A DNA stretch of 32,000 nt from an uncultured bacterium (GTDB lineage Bacteria > Patescibacteriota > Gracilibacteria > UBA1369 > PNNO01): positions 510,001 to 542,000 of the forward strand of contig OY969931.1 of assembly GCA_963704705.1 (NCBI GenBank). The letters run 5' to 3'. The first letter of the stretch is position 1. The number at the start of each line of letters is the position of its first letter. This document shows positions 13,663-23,206 of the stretch, one piece after another. Under the pieces are notes generated by a model. It did no database searches. It was given only the letters and a program-made list of their open reading frames with translations, and was not told the origin of the DNA. The position numbers and the translations under genes were made by a program.

Positions 13663-15150
13663 TTAAAGTAGAGTCATTGGTTCTCCCTGGTCTTCTTTCA
13701 AAGGATGAGCTTTTCGACGTATTTCTTCAGCTTCTTTTAATGTTTTTTCAGTAACTTCAGGTGTTGGATATTTGCCCGTGAAACACGCTCCGCAGAAGGT
13801 TTTAATGTCTTTATTTCCCATATGAGCCGCTTTTATAAGATCTTTAAGATCCTGATAAATAACTTTATCAGCGCCAATCACTTTTGCGATTGTTTCATTT
13901 TTAATATTATATGCCACAAAATCTTTTCTTGTAGGCATATCAACCCCGTAAACACATGGAGATATTAATGGGGGAGCACAAGAGGCGATATAAACCTTTT
14001 TAGCGCCTGCGTTTCTGCACATCTCGATTATTTTTTTGGATGTATTTCCGCGAACTATACTATCGTCAACCAATAAAATATCTTTGTCTTTTAATTCAAG
14101 CGGAATCGGATTTAATTTGAATTTAATTGATTTTCTGCGAATTGCCTGACCCGGCATAATAAAAGTACGTCCGATATATCTGTTTTTAACTAAACCTTCT
14201 CTGTATTTAACGCCAAGTTTGTGAGCAAGAGGAATTGCCGAGCTTCGTGAACTGTCAGGAACCGGTATAACAACATCAATTTTGAGTTTTTCTTTTTTAA
14301 TTTTTTCAGCAAGGTATTCCCCAAGTCTTAATCGTGTTTTATAAACATTAATTTTATCAATTGTTGAGTCAGGACGCGCTATATAAACCCATTCAAATAA
14401 GCAATGTGCTCTTGGTTTATTTGGAGCGCAAATTTTTCTGTGAATATTATTCTCTTTATCAATAAATACAACTTCTCCCGGCTCAATATCACCGATTAAT
14501 TCATATTCCAAAGTATCAACAGCAACACTTTCAGAAGCGATTATGTAATTTGTTTTTAAAGTGGATTTTTTTTGGCCCATACAAAGAGGTCTGATTCCAT
14601 ATGGATCTCTAAATGCAACCATCCCATGTCCGCCAATCAAAGTTATTACACTGTAACTGCCTTTAACCCTTTTAAATACTCTTTTCATTGCTTCAAATAT
14701 ATTTTCAGGGTTCATTTTTTTAACTTTCTCGGCTCTGAATTCGTGGGCAACAACATTTAATAAAACTTCGGAATCACTGCTTGTATTTAAAAATCTTTTA
14801 TCATGATCAATAACTTCTTTTTTAAGCTGATCATAATTTGTTAAATTTCCGTTATGTACAAGCGCAATACCATAAGGAGAATTTACATAAAAAGGCTGTG
14901 ATTCTGTTGCTTTATAACTTCCTGCGGTTGGATATCGGACATGCGCAATTCCCATTGAGCCTGTAAGCCTCATCATGTTTTTTGTTCTGAATACATCACG
15001 CGCAAGACCATTGCCCTTTTTTAAATGAAAATGATCATCAAAAGTAACTATTCCAGCGGAATCCTGGCCACGATGCTGTAATGTGATCAGGCCGTCGTAC
15101 AATTCAGGTGCCACATTTTCTGATCCCATAATACCTAAGATTCCACACAT
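13663..15150 (-). CDS. purF: Amidophosphoribosyltransferase (glutamine PRPP amidotransferase)
   Basis: N-terminal MCGILGI (Ntn Cys1), HRGQDSAG, and the PRTase motif ILLVDDSIVRGNTS. Confidence 0.92.
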   Translation of the reverse strand: MCGILGIMGSENVAPELYDGLITLQHRGQDSAGIVTFDDHFHLKKGNGLARDVFRTKNMMRLTGSMGIAHVRYPTAGSYKATESQPFYVNSPYGIALVHNGNLTNYDQLKKEVIDHDKRFLNTSSDSEVLLNVVAHEFRAEKVKKMNPENIFEAMKRVFKRVKGSYSVITLIGGHGMVAFRDPYGIRPLCMGQKKSTLKTNYIIASESVAVDTLEYELIGDIEPGEVVFIDKENNIHRKICAPNKPRAHCLFEWVYIARPDSTIDKINVYKTRLRLGEYLAEKIKKEKLKIDVVIPVPDSSRSSAIPLAHKLGVKYREGLVKNRYIGRTFIMPGQAIRRKSIKFKLNPIPLELKDKDILLVDDSIVRGNTSKKIIEMCRNAGAKKVYIASCAPPLISPCVYGVDMPTRKDFVAYNIKNETIAKVIGADKVIYQDLKDLIKAAHMGNKDIKTFCGACFTGKYPTPEVTEKTLKEAEEIRRKAHPLKEDQGEPMTLL

Positions 15151-15164
15151 GAGCGCTTTGGTTA

Positions 15165-16022
15165 TTATATATTATTAAGCCGTTTAGCGGCTTTAACTGT
15201 ATTTTCCATTAAGCACGCCACTGTCATTGGTCCTGCGCCTCCTGGTACTGGAGTAATATAAGACGCTTTTGGTTCAATTTTTTCAAAATCGCAGTCACCG
15301 CGAAGTTTGCCGTCTTCCATTCTGTTTGTTCCTATATCAATAACAACGGCTCCTTCTTTAACCATATCCTCGGTAATCAAATTAGGTTTTCCAACAGCAA
15401 CACAAAGCAAATCAGCATTTAAAGTATGTTTTTTTAGATCTTTGGTTTTGATATGACATGTTGTCGGAGTTGCACCGCGATTGAGAAGCATTGTTGATAA
15501 TGGTTTACCAACAATATTACTTGCGCCAACAATTGTGGCATCCATTCCTTCTACGTTAATATCATAATATTCAAGCATTTTAATCACACCTGCAGGAGTG
15601 CATGGCGGTAAATCTTCAAATTCAGTACCTAAAAACATTTTCCCTAGGTTGTAAGCAGTAAATCCATCAACGTCTTTATGCGGGTCAATTGCCCGGATAA
15701 CCTTTGGAACTTCAAAGTGCTCAGGCAAAGGAAGCTGTACCAAAATTCCATGAATAGAATAATCCTGATTTAACTCCTCGATTTTATCTAAAAGTTCAGC
15801 CTGGCTTAAGTTTGTATCATAATCAAATTGTACCCATTCAATGCCGGTTTTTTCACAGGCTTTTCTTTTTTGTTTGATATAAGAAAGGCTGGCTGGATTG
15901 TCTCCAACCAAAATAACAGCCAGTTTTGGCTGCAGGGTGTGTTCCTTTTTCAATTTATCTACCTCTTTAGCAAGATTTTCGTATATCTCATTAGCTATTT
16001 TTTTGCCATCTATAAGCGCCAT
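15165..16022 (-). CDS. folD: Bifunctional methylenetetrahydrofolate dehydrogenase / methenyl-THF cyclohydrolase
   Basis: LAVILVGDNPASLSYIKQKRKACE, HGILVQLPLP, DVDGF, GASNIVGKP and TPVPGGAGPMT. Confidence 0.92.
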   Translation of the reverse strand: MALIDGKKIANEIYENLAKEVDKLKKEHTLQPKLAVILVGDNPASLSYIKQKRKACEKTGIEWVQFDYDTNLSQAELLDKIEELNQDYSIHGILVQLPLPEHFEVPKVIRAIDPHKDVDGFTAYNLGKMFLGTEFEDLPPCTPAGVIKMLEYYDINVEGMDATIVGASNIVGKPLSTMLLNRGATPTTCHIKTKDLKKHTLNADLLCVAVGKPNLITEDMVKEGAVVIDIGTNRMEDGKLRGDCDFEKIEPKASYITPVPGGAGPMTVACLMENTVKAAKRLNNI

Positions 16023-16096
16023 ATTTGAAAAACCTTAGGACGGGCTTAATATTAACATTTAAGCTGAAAAAGTGGAAGGGGATTTTGGAATTACAC

Positions 16097-18517
16097 TTAT
16101 TTCACCACAATATTCACCAAACGTCCCGGTACATAAATTTCTTTGATAATTTGTTTTCCTTCAAGGTATTTACTTACATTATCCAGATCTTTGGCAGCTT
16201 TAATGGCATCTTTTTCTTCAACATCAGAAGGAACTATCGTTTTTGCACGTACTTTACCGTTAACCTGAACAACAAGTTCGATTGTATCTTCAACCAAATA
16301 TGCATCATCAAATTCCGGCCATTTTGCATCAAATACGCTTTTTTTGTTGCCCAGCCATTCCCACAATTCTTCTGCCAAATGCGGTGCAAGCGGAGCAATA
16401 AGTCTTACTGCAATGTTTTTTGAGACTTTATCAATGCGTGTTTTTGTTGCTGTATTTGTGAACTCCATTAATGCAGAAACGCAAGTATTAAAATGAAAAT
16501 CCTGAATATCTTCAGTTATTTTTTTAATTGTTTTATTAAGTGATACTTTTAATGTTTTTTCATCTTCAACTGTTGCTTCCGTGTAAATAAGGTCAAAGAA
16601 TTTATCAACAAATCTTGCAATTCCCTTTATTCCTGTGTCATTCCAATCTCCGCCTTCACTAAAAGGTCCCATGAACATAAGATACATCCTGAAAATATCG
16701 CTTCCATATTTTTCAACAAATTCATCAGGTGAAACAACATTACCTTTTGATTTAGACATTTTTGCGCCATCCTTAGTGATTAATCCCTGATGTACAAGTT
16801 TTTTAAATGGTTCTTCAAAGTCTATAAATCCAAGATCTTTCAATACTTTATTAATAAAACGTGCATATAAAAGGTGCATACACGCATGTTCAGGCCCACC
16901 AATATACATATCAACCGGCAACCATTTATTTGTACGTTTTTTTTCAAAAGCCTGTTTATCGTTGTTGGCACTTGGATATCTTAAATAATACCAGCTTGAA
17001 CAAACAAAAGTATCCATTGTATCGGCTTCTCTCTCGGCTTTTTTACCGCAATTTGGACATTTTGTATTAATAAAGCTCTTAACTGTTGCAAGTGGGGCTT
17101 TTCCTTTTGGTTTATAATCAATGCCTTTTGTCATTGGTAATGTTACCGGCAAATCTTTTTCAGGAACAGGCAATGCACCGCACTTTTCACAATTAATAAT
17201 CGGAATAGGCGCTCCCCAGAACCTTTGACGTGAGATTAGCCAATCCCTTAATTTATATTGAATTTTAAAATCACCTTTTTGATCTTTTTGAAGCAATTTG
17301 GTTATTTCTTTTCTTGCTTCTTTGGATGTTTTTCCAATGAATTTACCTGAATTGACTAGTTTACCATCTTGGGTAAATGCTTCTTTTTTAATGTCAGACT
17401 TACCTTTTGTTGGTTTAATAACCTCTTTTATCGGAAGTTTGTATTTTTTTGCGAATTCATAGTCTCTTTCATCGTGTGCAGGAACAGCCATTACTGCTCC
17501 GGTTCCGTAAGAGGCAAGTACGTAATCTGCAATCCATACAGGTACAATTTTGCCATTTACAGGATTAATTGTGTAAGAACCTGTTTCAACTCCTGATTTT
17601 TCCCTTCCTTCAGCTGTTCTTTCAATGTCCGCAACTTTTTTGGTCTTTTTTATGTAATCATTAACATTTTCTTTATGTTGATGCGTAGTGATTTGTTTAA
17701 CAAGTTCATGCTCAGGTGCCAAAACCATGTAAGTACAGCCAAATAATGTATCTATACGTGTTGTAAATACTTTTACTGATTTTCCTGTTTTTTCTTTGGT
17801 TTCAGGATCAACAAATTCAAAAGTAATTTCAGATCCGATGCTTTTGCCAATCCAGTTTTCCTGCATTAATTTGGTTTTTTCAGGCCAATCCAAACCATCA
17901 AAATTCAATAATCTTTCAGCATATTTCCTGATATTAAAAAACCATTGGTTTAAGTCTTTTTTTGTAACTTCTGCATTGCACCTTTCACATTTACCTTCGT
18001 GAACTTGCTCATTTGCAAGTACGGTTTTACAGTTAGGACACCAGTTAACAGGTGATTTCTTTTTATAAGCCAAATCGTTTTTATATAGCTGCAAAAATAA
18101 CCATTGAGTCCATTTATAATAGGCGGGTGAACTTGTCTGAACTTCAGTGCTCCAATCATACATAGTGCCCATTTTGCTAAGCTGCATCCGCATGTAATCA
18201 ATGTTTTTCTCAGTACTTTTAGCTGGGTGCACACCGTGTTTTATCGCATAATTCTCAGCTGGAAGCCCAAAACTGTCAAACCCCATTGGTTCAAATACAT
18301 TAAAACCTTTCATTCTTTGATATCTTCCCCAGCTATCAGCTGGTGCATAGCTGTACCAATGCCCAACATGCAGCTTATCACCTGAAGGGTAGGGAAACAT
18401 TACAAGATTGTAATATTTTGGGCGATTTGAATCGTTAAAATTCGTTTTATAGATCCCGTCTTTTGCCCATTTAGCTTGCCATTTTTTTTCTGCTTTTCGC
18501 GGGTCGTATAATGACAT
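16097..18517 (-). CDS. leuS: Leucine--tRNA ligase
   Basis: 806 aa. HIGH-type motif (PYPSGDKLHVGHWYSY), KMSKS motif (GAKMSKSKGN) and a CP1 editing domain region. Confidence 0.95.
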   Translation of the reverse strand: MSLYDPRKAEKKWQAKWAKDGIYKTNFNDSNRPKYYNLVMFPYPSGDKLHVGHWYSYAPADSWGRYQRMKGFNVFEPMGFDSFGLPAENYAIKHGVHPAKSTEKNIDYMRMQLSKMGTMYDWSTEVQTSSPAYYKWTQWLFLQLYKNDLAYKKKSPVNWCPNCKTVLANEQVHEGKCERCNAEVTKKDLNQWFFNIRKYAERLLNFDGLDWPEKTKLMQENWIGKSIGSEITFEFVDPETKEKTGKSVKVFTTRIDTLFGCTYMVLAPEHELVKQITTHQHKENVNDYIKKTKKVADIERTAEGREKSGVETGSYTINPVNGKIVPVWIADYVLASYGTGAVMAVPAHDERDYEFAKKYKLPIKEVIKPTKGKSDIKKEAFTQDGKLVNSGKFIGKTSKEARKEITKLLQKDQKGDFKIQYKLRDWLISRQRFWGAPIPIINCEKCGALPVPEKDLPVTLPMTKGIDYKPKGKAPLATVKSFINTKCPNCGKKAEREADTMDTFVCSSWYYLRYPSANNDKQAFEKKRTNKWLPVDMYIGGPEHACMHLLYARFINKVLKDLGFIDFEEPFKKLVHQGLITKDGAKMSKSKGNVVSPDEFVEKYGSDIFRMYLMFMGPFSEGGDWNDTGIKGIARFVDKFFDLIYTEATVEDEKTLKVSLNKTIKKITEDIQDFHFNTCVSALMEFTNTATKTRIDKVSKNIAVRLIAPLAPHLAEELWEWLGNKKSVFDAKWPEFDDAYLVEDTIELVVQVNGKVRAKTIVPSDVEEKDAIKAAKDLDNVSKYLEGKQIIKEIYVPGRLVNIVVK

Positions 18518-18577
18518 TTTATTTTATTTAAAAACACTTAGTCAATTATACCGAAAAAGCAATTTGACCGCCATAGA

Positions 18578-19159
18578 TTATTGCTCATCCAAAGGACTGG
18601 AAGCCATTGCTGAAGGGATCATGGCCTCACCACCCACAGGCATTGAAACATCTTTTAAAATTAGACCAATACCCGCAATTTCATCTTCTTTATTGGTCAG
18701 GGGTATACCACTGGCCATATACAGTTTATACTTTCCATTAATATCCTTAATTCTAAAAGGACCTATATTTTGTTTTTCCATATGTTCATTTACCAGCTCT
18801 ACCATCTCATTCGCGAAAAATGGCAAATCTTTTGGATGTATAAATGTAAAGAAGTTTACACCATCGACTTCTTCTTTTGAATATCCGAATGAATTTCTCC
18901 ATTTTTCCGTTGAAAACTGAATAGTTGTATCCTTTTTTAAAACAAATATAGCATCTTCCTGATTATGTAACAGATCTCTATAAAATTCTTCGGATTGAGT
19001 AATCTCAACAGCTTCATCTGTTAATACGAATGCCTTTAATTCGTTTTGATTGAAAGCAAGATTACCTTCTCCGATAACAAAAAGTACTGTCGACATTGTC
19101 ACAAGGAACATACATGTGGCAATAATGAACATTTTTCGTTTCGTGAGGATTGATGTCAT
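18578..19159 (-). CDS. Membrane-anchored PAS-domain protein without a recognisable output domain
   Basis: N-terminal TM helix FIIATCMFLVTMSTVLFVI, then a PAS-like fold (IQFSTEKWRNSFGYSKEEVDGVNFFTFIHPKDLPFFANEM...GPFRIKDINGKYKLYMASGIPL). Confidence 0.65.
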   Translation of the reverse strand: MTSILTKRKMFIIATCMFLVTMSTVLFVIGEGNLAFNQNELKAFVLTDEAVEITQSEEFYRDLLHNQEDAIFVLKKDTTIQFSTEKWRNSFGYSKEEVDGVNFFTFIHPKDLPFFANEMVELVNEHMEKQNIGPFRIKDINGKYKLYMASGIPLTNKEDEIAGIGLILKDVSMPVGGEAMIPSAMASSPLDEQ

Positions 19160-19351
19160 ATTGATTTTTGTTTTAAGTAAGCCATTATTGTTTCACCTCT
19201 CATCTGTTATTTTCTGTTTTATTGTCTTTTTAACACATTAAACCATCTATATTATGCCATAAAATTAGCAAAAAGTCAATATAGTAAAGCAATAATTTTA
19301 CTTATTTTATAAATTGTTGTATAATAAAAATAGCTCAAAATAAAAACATAA

Positions 19352-19510
19352 ATGAAAATAAATTATAAATCCAAAATCGGACTTAGAGTTATCGATTATA
19401 TTAATAATCAATACTGGTTAAGCGCGGCAATATCAATTACTTTATCTGGCTTGGCGCTTTTGTGGGCTATTGGATTGTTGTTCGCCCTTAATATCCAAAA
19501 TACTCTTTAA
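19352..19510 (+). CDS. Possible small membrane protein (52 aa), below the ORF-track size cutoff
   Basis: ATG at 19352: MKINYKSKIGLRVIDYINNQYWLSAAISITLSGLALLWAIGLLFALNIQNTL. It has one clear TM helix. A candidate promoter TTTACT-17-TATAAT (19297-19325) lies upstream. The 3' end overlaps the tmk 3' end by 23 nt (convergent). There is no obvious Shine-Dalgarno sequence. Confidence 0.25.
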   Translation: MKINYKSKIGLRVIDYINNQYWLSAAISITLSGLALLWAIGLLFALNIQNTL

Positions 19511-20078
19511 CGCCTTCCCACACTAATCTTGCTGTATCTTCCTTTTTTTCCTGTAATTTAATAATGTACCAAGCGTATTTTTGGGCTACCTCAAGATGAG
19601 ATTGCCTGGCTTTTCGCATTAAATTATCATTTGTTTCGTGTATATGGCCCTTTTCAATTGCCTGTTTTGTTCTTTCGCCGTCAATCAAAATCGCCATATC
19701 CGACCGAAGTAAATATTTATTGATTTGTTCAAGCCATTCTTCGTTTGCTCCTTTTGCAGCTCCCCATGCCAAAGCAGTACCAATGTAATCTTCTGCAATG
19801 ATTGTTTTGCCTTCCATTAATAATTTTTTCAATTCAGGTTCATACTGATGTCTGTTGATAGTAAACCAAAGCTGGAGTTCTTCTTCTGAAATATTTTGCT
19901 GACCATCTCTTAAAATTTTATTCAAATAGGGACCCGACGGTTCTAAATCATAAATCGGATATTTAAGATAAACCGGATCAAAGCCTTCTTTTTTAAGTCT
20001 GTCAGCCAAAATTCTCGCATGAGTAGACTTGCCAATGTTATTGATTCCATAAAATGTGATGAATTTTCCTCTGAACAT
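19488..20078 (-). CDS. tmk: Thymidylate (dTMP) kinase
   Basis: MFRGKFITFYGINNIGKSTHARILADRLKKEG (P-loop). The length and layout are typical of Tmk. It lies directly downstream of dut. Confidence 0.8.
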   Translation of the reverse strand: MFRGKFITFYGINNIGKSTHARILADRLKKEGFDPVYLKYPIYDLEPSGPYLNKILRDGQQNISEEELQLWFTINRHQYEPELKKLLMEGKTIIAEDYIGTALAWGAAKGANEEWLEQINKYLLRSDMAILIDGERTKQAIEKGHIHETNDNLMRKARQSHLEVAQKYAWYIIKLQEKKEDTARLVWEGVKEYFGY

Positions 20079-20081
20079 ATT

Positions 20082-20522
20082 TTATTTGTTATCTGTTGAA
20101 CCGAATCCACCCCTAGAGTCTTTCGTCATTTCGTCCACTTCTTCCCATTCAAGCTTATCAATTCTAATAAATACTCCCTGTGCAATTTTTTCTCCTCTTT
20201 CAACTATAACAGACTCATCAGTAAAATTGTAGACCTGAATTTTTATTTCATCTTCATTTCCGCAATAATCATGATCAATAATTCCCAGCCCATGTGGCGG
20301 AGTTAAGCCTTTTTTCTTTGGAGTAGAACTTCTTGAAGCAACCATCAGCATATAACCCTTCGGAACTTCAACGATAATATTCCCAGGTATAAGTTTTATT
20401 TCTTTTGAAGGGATTTCAATACTTTCTCTGGCTATAATATCAAATCCAACACTGCCGTTTGTTTCATAGACAGGCAAAGGTAATGTTTTGTCGATGCGTT
20501 TAATTTTGGCTTTATAATTCAT
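20082..20522 (-). CDS. dut: dUTP diphosphatase
   Basis: GSVGFDI, ASRSS, GLGIIDHDYCGNEDEI and a C-terminal SRGGFGST. The start is moved to the ATG at 20522 (MNYKAKIKRIDK...). The 39-aa track extension would overlap the divergent DUF1385 gene and its promoter. Confidence 0.88.
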   Translation of the reverse strand: MNYKAKIKRIDKTLPLPVYETNGSVGFDIIARESIEIPSKEIKLIPGNIIVEVPKGYMLMVASRSSTPKKKGLTPPHGLGIIDHDYCGNEDEIKIQVYNFTDESVIVERGEKIAQGVFIRIDKLEWEEVDEMTKDSRGGFGSTDNK

Positions 20523-20524
20523 AA

Positions 20525-20553
20525 TTGAGTTGACTTTACTTTTCATGTATAAT
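20525..20553 (+). promoter_or_regulatory. Candidate promoter for the DUF1385 gene
   Basis: TTGAGT (20525-20530), 17 nt, TATAAT (20548-20553), 39 nt upstream of the ATG at 20592. Confidence 0.45.
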
Positions 20554-20591
20554 TTAATGAAAGACCGTAAATAGTCAATTAATAAATTAAA

Positions 20592-21548
20592 ATGCAAATT
20601 AAAGATAATAAAAAAATAGATTTTGCAGTAGGCGGACAAGCTGTAATTGAAGGCGTTATGATGCGCTCAAACGAATTTATAACCGTTGCTGTACGTAAAG
20701 AAAGCGGAGGCATTGAACTTAAAGAAGACCCTTTTAAATCAATCACAAAAAAAATTAAATTTCTTGGCTGGCCTTTTATAAGGGGAGTGGTTGGACTTGT
20801 AGAGATGATGCTGGTAGGAATGAAGGCTCTCAATTATTCTGCAAGTGTTATGATTGGTGATACTGAAGGCAAAAAGCGAGAAGATATGACAGCAAAAGAA
20901 AAGTTTATTGAAAAACTCATGATGGCATTTTCTTTTATTTTTGCTATTGGAATGAGTATATTTTTATTTAAGTTTTTACCTTTATGGATAACTGAATGGA
21001 TAAGCGGTATATATGAACCATTAAGACAATCAATTTTATATAATATTATTGACGGTGTACTTAAAACTTCATTTTTCGTTTTATATATATGGCTTTTAAC
21101 ATTAATGCCAAGTATTAAACGTGTTTTTGAGTATCACGGAGCAGAACATAAATCAATTTTTACCTATGAAAAAGGGCTTCCTTTAACAGTTGAAAACGCA
21201 AAAAATCAATCAAGGTATCATCCCAGATGCGGTACAAGTTTTATATTAATTGTATTTATGATTAGTGTGTTGGTTTATACTTTGTTACCGCGTGATCCTG
21301 ATTTTGCCATGCAATTTTTACGCAGACTTGCATTTTTACCTTTAATTGCAGGTATTTCTTATGAATTCTTGAAATGGAGTGCAAAGCATACGGATAACAA
21401 ATATATGAGAATGGCTGTTGCTCCCGGACTTTGGTTTCAGAGATTAACTACAAAAGAACCTGACGATAAACAGCTTGAAGTTGCTCTAAAAGCCCTAGAT
21501 AAAGCTCTAGAGCTTGAAGATAAAAAGACTGCTGAAGTTGTTATTTAG
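20592..21548 (+). CDS. DUF1385 (YqhQ-like) membrane protein
   Basis: GGQAVIEGVMMRS near the N-terminus and EYHGAEHK in the middle, both family hallmarks, plus multiple TM helices. Confidence 0.8.
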   Translation: MQIKDNKKIDFAVGGQAVIEGVMMRSNEFITVAVRKESGGIELKEDPFKSITKKIKFLGWPFIRGVVGLVEMMLVGMKALNYSASVMIGDTEGKKREDMTAKEKFIEKLMMAFSFIFAIGMSIFLFKFLPLWITEWISGIYEPLRQSILYNIIDGVLKTSFFVLYIWLLTLMPSIKRVFEYHGAEHKSIFTYEKGLPLTVENAKNQSRYHPRCGTSFILIVFMISVLVYTLLPRDPDFAMQFLRRLAFLPLIAGISYEFLKWSAKHTDNKYMRMAVAPGLWFQRLTTKEPDDKQLEVALKALDKALELEDKKTAEVVI

Positions 21549-22233
21549 CCAGTGAAGTAGTATCGAGTTTAATTCCAGGCCCCATTGTTGTACTTAATGT
21601 AATTGACTTAATAAAAGTACCTTTTACTCCTGATGGTTTTTCATCAACTATTTTTTTGATGTAACTTTCAAGATTTTCTTTTAGTTTAGCTTCTCCAAAA
21701 GAAATTTTACCGAATATATTATGAAGATTTCCTAGTTTATCATTTCTGTATTCGATTTTACCTTTCATTAATTCTTTAATAACTTTAGATGGTTCAGGTG
21801 TAACAGTTCCTGATTTAGGATTTGGCATTAATCCTTTTTGGCCAAGAAGTTTAGCTACTTTACCAATATGTTTCATCATGTCAGGAGTGGCAACAGCAAT
21901 ATCAAAATCAAGCCATCCGTCACTGACTTTTTCGATTAGTTCTTCAGCCCCTGCTTCAATAGCGCCGGCATCTTTACATTCTTTAACTTTGTCTTCAGGT
22001 ACAAATGCTGCAACTTTAAGTTTTTTACCTGTACCGTGCGGTAAATTCATAGTACCTCGAAGTGCCTGGTCAGCCTGTTTCGGATCGATTCCAAGGTTCA
22101 TGTGAATTTCACAAGATCCGTCGAATTTTGTTTTTGATGTTTGTAAAAGCAATGAAACAGCCTCATCAAGACTGTAAAATTCCTTTCCTTTTAGCAGATC
22201 TTTTGCTGCTTTGTAGTTTTTGCTACGTTTCAT
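21541..22233 (-). CDS. rplA: 50S ribosomal protein L1
   Basis: MKRSKNYKAAKDLL...FDGSCEIHMNLGIDPKQADQALRGTMNLPHGTGK. The start is moved to the ATG at 22233. The 29-aa track extension (MGGGTEGAYAAG...) is a translation of the GC-rich structured leader. Confidence 0.92.
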   Translation of the reverse strand: MKRSKNYKAAKDLLKGKEFYSLDEAVSLLLQTSKTKFDGSCEIHMNLGIDPKQADQALRGTMNLPHGTGKKLKVAAFVPEDKVKECKDAGAIEAGAEELIEKVSDGWLDFDIAVATPDMMKHIGKVAKLLGQKGLMPNPKSGTVTPEPSKVIKELMKGKIEYRNDKLGNLHNIFGKISFGEAKLKENLESYIKKIVDEKPSGVKGTFIKSITLSTTMGPGIKLDTTSLAK

Positions 22234-22338
22234 GGTAGTTTGGGTTAAGTGGTAAAGCGGGGAATTGCAGTTAAGGGCTTTAATTCCAGCTGCATAGGCA
22301 CCTTCGGTGCCCCCTCCCACTAAATAAAAATGATTTGT
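22234..22338 (-). promoter_or_regulatory. Structured GC-rich leader of rplA; candidate L1 autoregulatory site mimicking the 23S rRNA L1 stalk
   Basis: Minus-sense RNA: ...UUUAGUGGGAGGGGGCACCGAAGGUGCCUAUGCAGCUGGAAUUAAAGCCCUUAACUGCAAUUCCCCGCUUUACCACUUAACCCAAACUACC-AUG. AGUGG (22321-22317) pairs with CCACU (22252-22248). A GGGAG sits next to that helix. There is a GGCACC/GGUGCC hairpin (22311-22297) and a GGAAUU/AAUUCC helix. The region is far more GC-rich than its surroundings. Confidence 0.4.
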
Positions 22339-22755
22339 TTAAGCTTTCATTGTTTTTCTTTCTTTTCTGTCGCGTTCAATTATTCCCCAATGGAAAATCC
22401 AAAGAGGGAATCCTACGACAACTTGTGCAATACCTATTGATAAAGTTCTTTTTGCTTCATTTGTAAATACAGATTTTTCTTCAACCTCACTATTTACCAT
22501 TGCTTGTTTTTGTCTCATTAAACAATTGTCATAATCAGTATTTGAATAGCCTTCACAATTTTCAATAGTCGCAACTGCAACTGGTCTGTCATAATAATCA
22601 TATTCTTCAACACCGAAAACAAATGATTTAAAGGCCTGATTAACTATATTTACAGCACCGATTATAAAAACAATAAACGTAATTGCAGTAATCAAATACA
22701 GATAAATAAATCTGATAATTGACATCTTGCTTCTTTTTTGGCTTTTTGGAGGCAT
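22339..22755 (-). CDS. Hypothetical 2-TM membrane protein inserted between rplK and rplA
   Basis: TM helices FIYLYLITAITFIVFIIGAVNIV and LSIGIAQVVVGFPLWIFHWGII, with a Cys-containing exported loop between them. It is co-oriented with rplK and starts 21 nt downstream of it. Confidence 0.6.
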   Translation of the reverse strand: MPPKSQKRSKMSIIRFIYLYLITAITFIVFIIGAVNIVNQAFKSFVFGVEEYDYYDRPVAVATIENCEGYSNTDYDNCLMRQKQAMVNSEVEEKSVFTNEAKRTLSIGIAQVVVGFPLWIFHWGIIERDRKERKTMKA

Positions 22756-22776
22756 TTTTTAATTATTAAATTAAGT

Positions 22777-23205
22777 TTATCCTTCTTCAACTGTCACACC
22801 CATACTCCTTGCAGTACCCGCGATAATTTTTGTTGCTGCTTCAATATCATTTGCGTTTAAATCCTGCATTTTTTCTTCAGCAATCTTCGCTAATTGTGAT
22901 TTTTTAATGCTTGCAACCTTATTTTTATTAGGTTCACCAGAACCTTTTTGAAGGTTAATCGCTTTTTTAATTAAAACTGCCGCAGGAGCGGTTTTCATGA
23001 TAAACGTAAAAGATCTGTCTTCAAATACTGTTATTTCAACCGGAACAATGGTTTCACCCATTTGACCTGTTTGATTGTTGAATTGAGTACAGAAATTTTG
23101 GATATCAAGACCGTGCTGACCCAACGCTGGACCAACCGGTGGAGCAGGATTAGCTTTACCTGCTGGAATTTGTAGTTTTATAACTGTTAATATTTTTTTT
23201 GCCAT
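22777..23205 (-). CDS. rplK: 50S ribosomal protein L11
   Basis: [39 protein letters not shown]... Confidence 0.95.
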   Translation of the reverse strand: MAKKILTVIKLQIPAGKANPAPPVGPALGQHGLDIQNFCTQFNNQTGQMGETIVPVEITVFEDRSFTFIMKTAPAAVLIKKAINLQKGSGEPNKNKVASIKKSQLAKIAEEKMQDLNANDIEAATKIIAGTARSMGVTVEEG

Positions 23206-23206
23206 T

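Noticed and set aside
16023-16096. ZTP or other riboswitch upstream of folD, and a T-box upstream of leuS (18518-18577)
   Set aside because: The spacers are only 74 and 60 nt. They lack the conserved ZTP elements (GGGUCGUGAC..., CCGCCUGGGCA) and any specifier or T-box sequence.
20523-20639. N-terminal extensions in the ORF track: dut to 20639, rplA to 22320, SPFH from 10724, PLD from 7687
   Set aside because: The extensions overlap divergent genes, promoters, a terminator (10713-10750) or a structured leader, and they lack family homology. Internal ATGs at 20522, 22233, 10811 and 7726 give canonical N-termini.
22297-22311. GGCACC-TTC-GGTGCC hairpin as a terminator between the 2-TM gene and rplA
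   Set aside because: No U-run follows it on the minus strand. It is better explained as one helix of the structured rplA leader.
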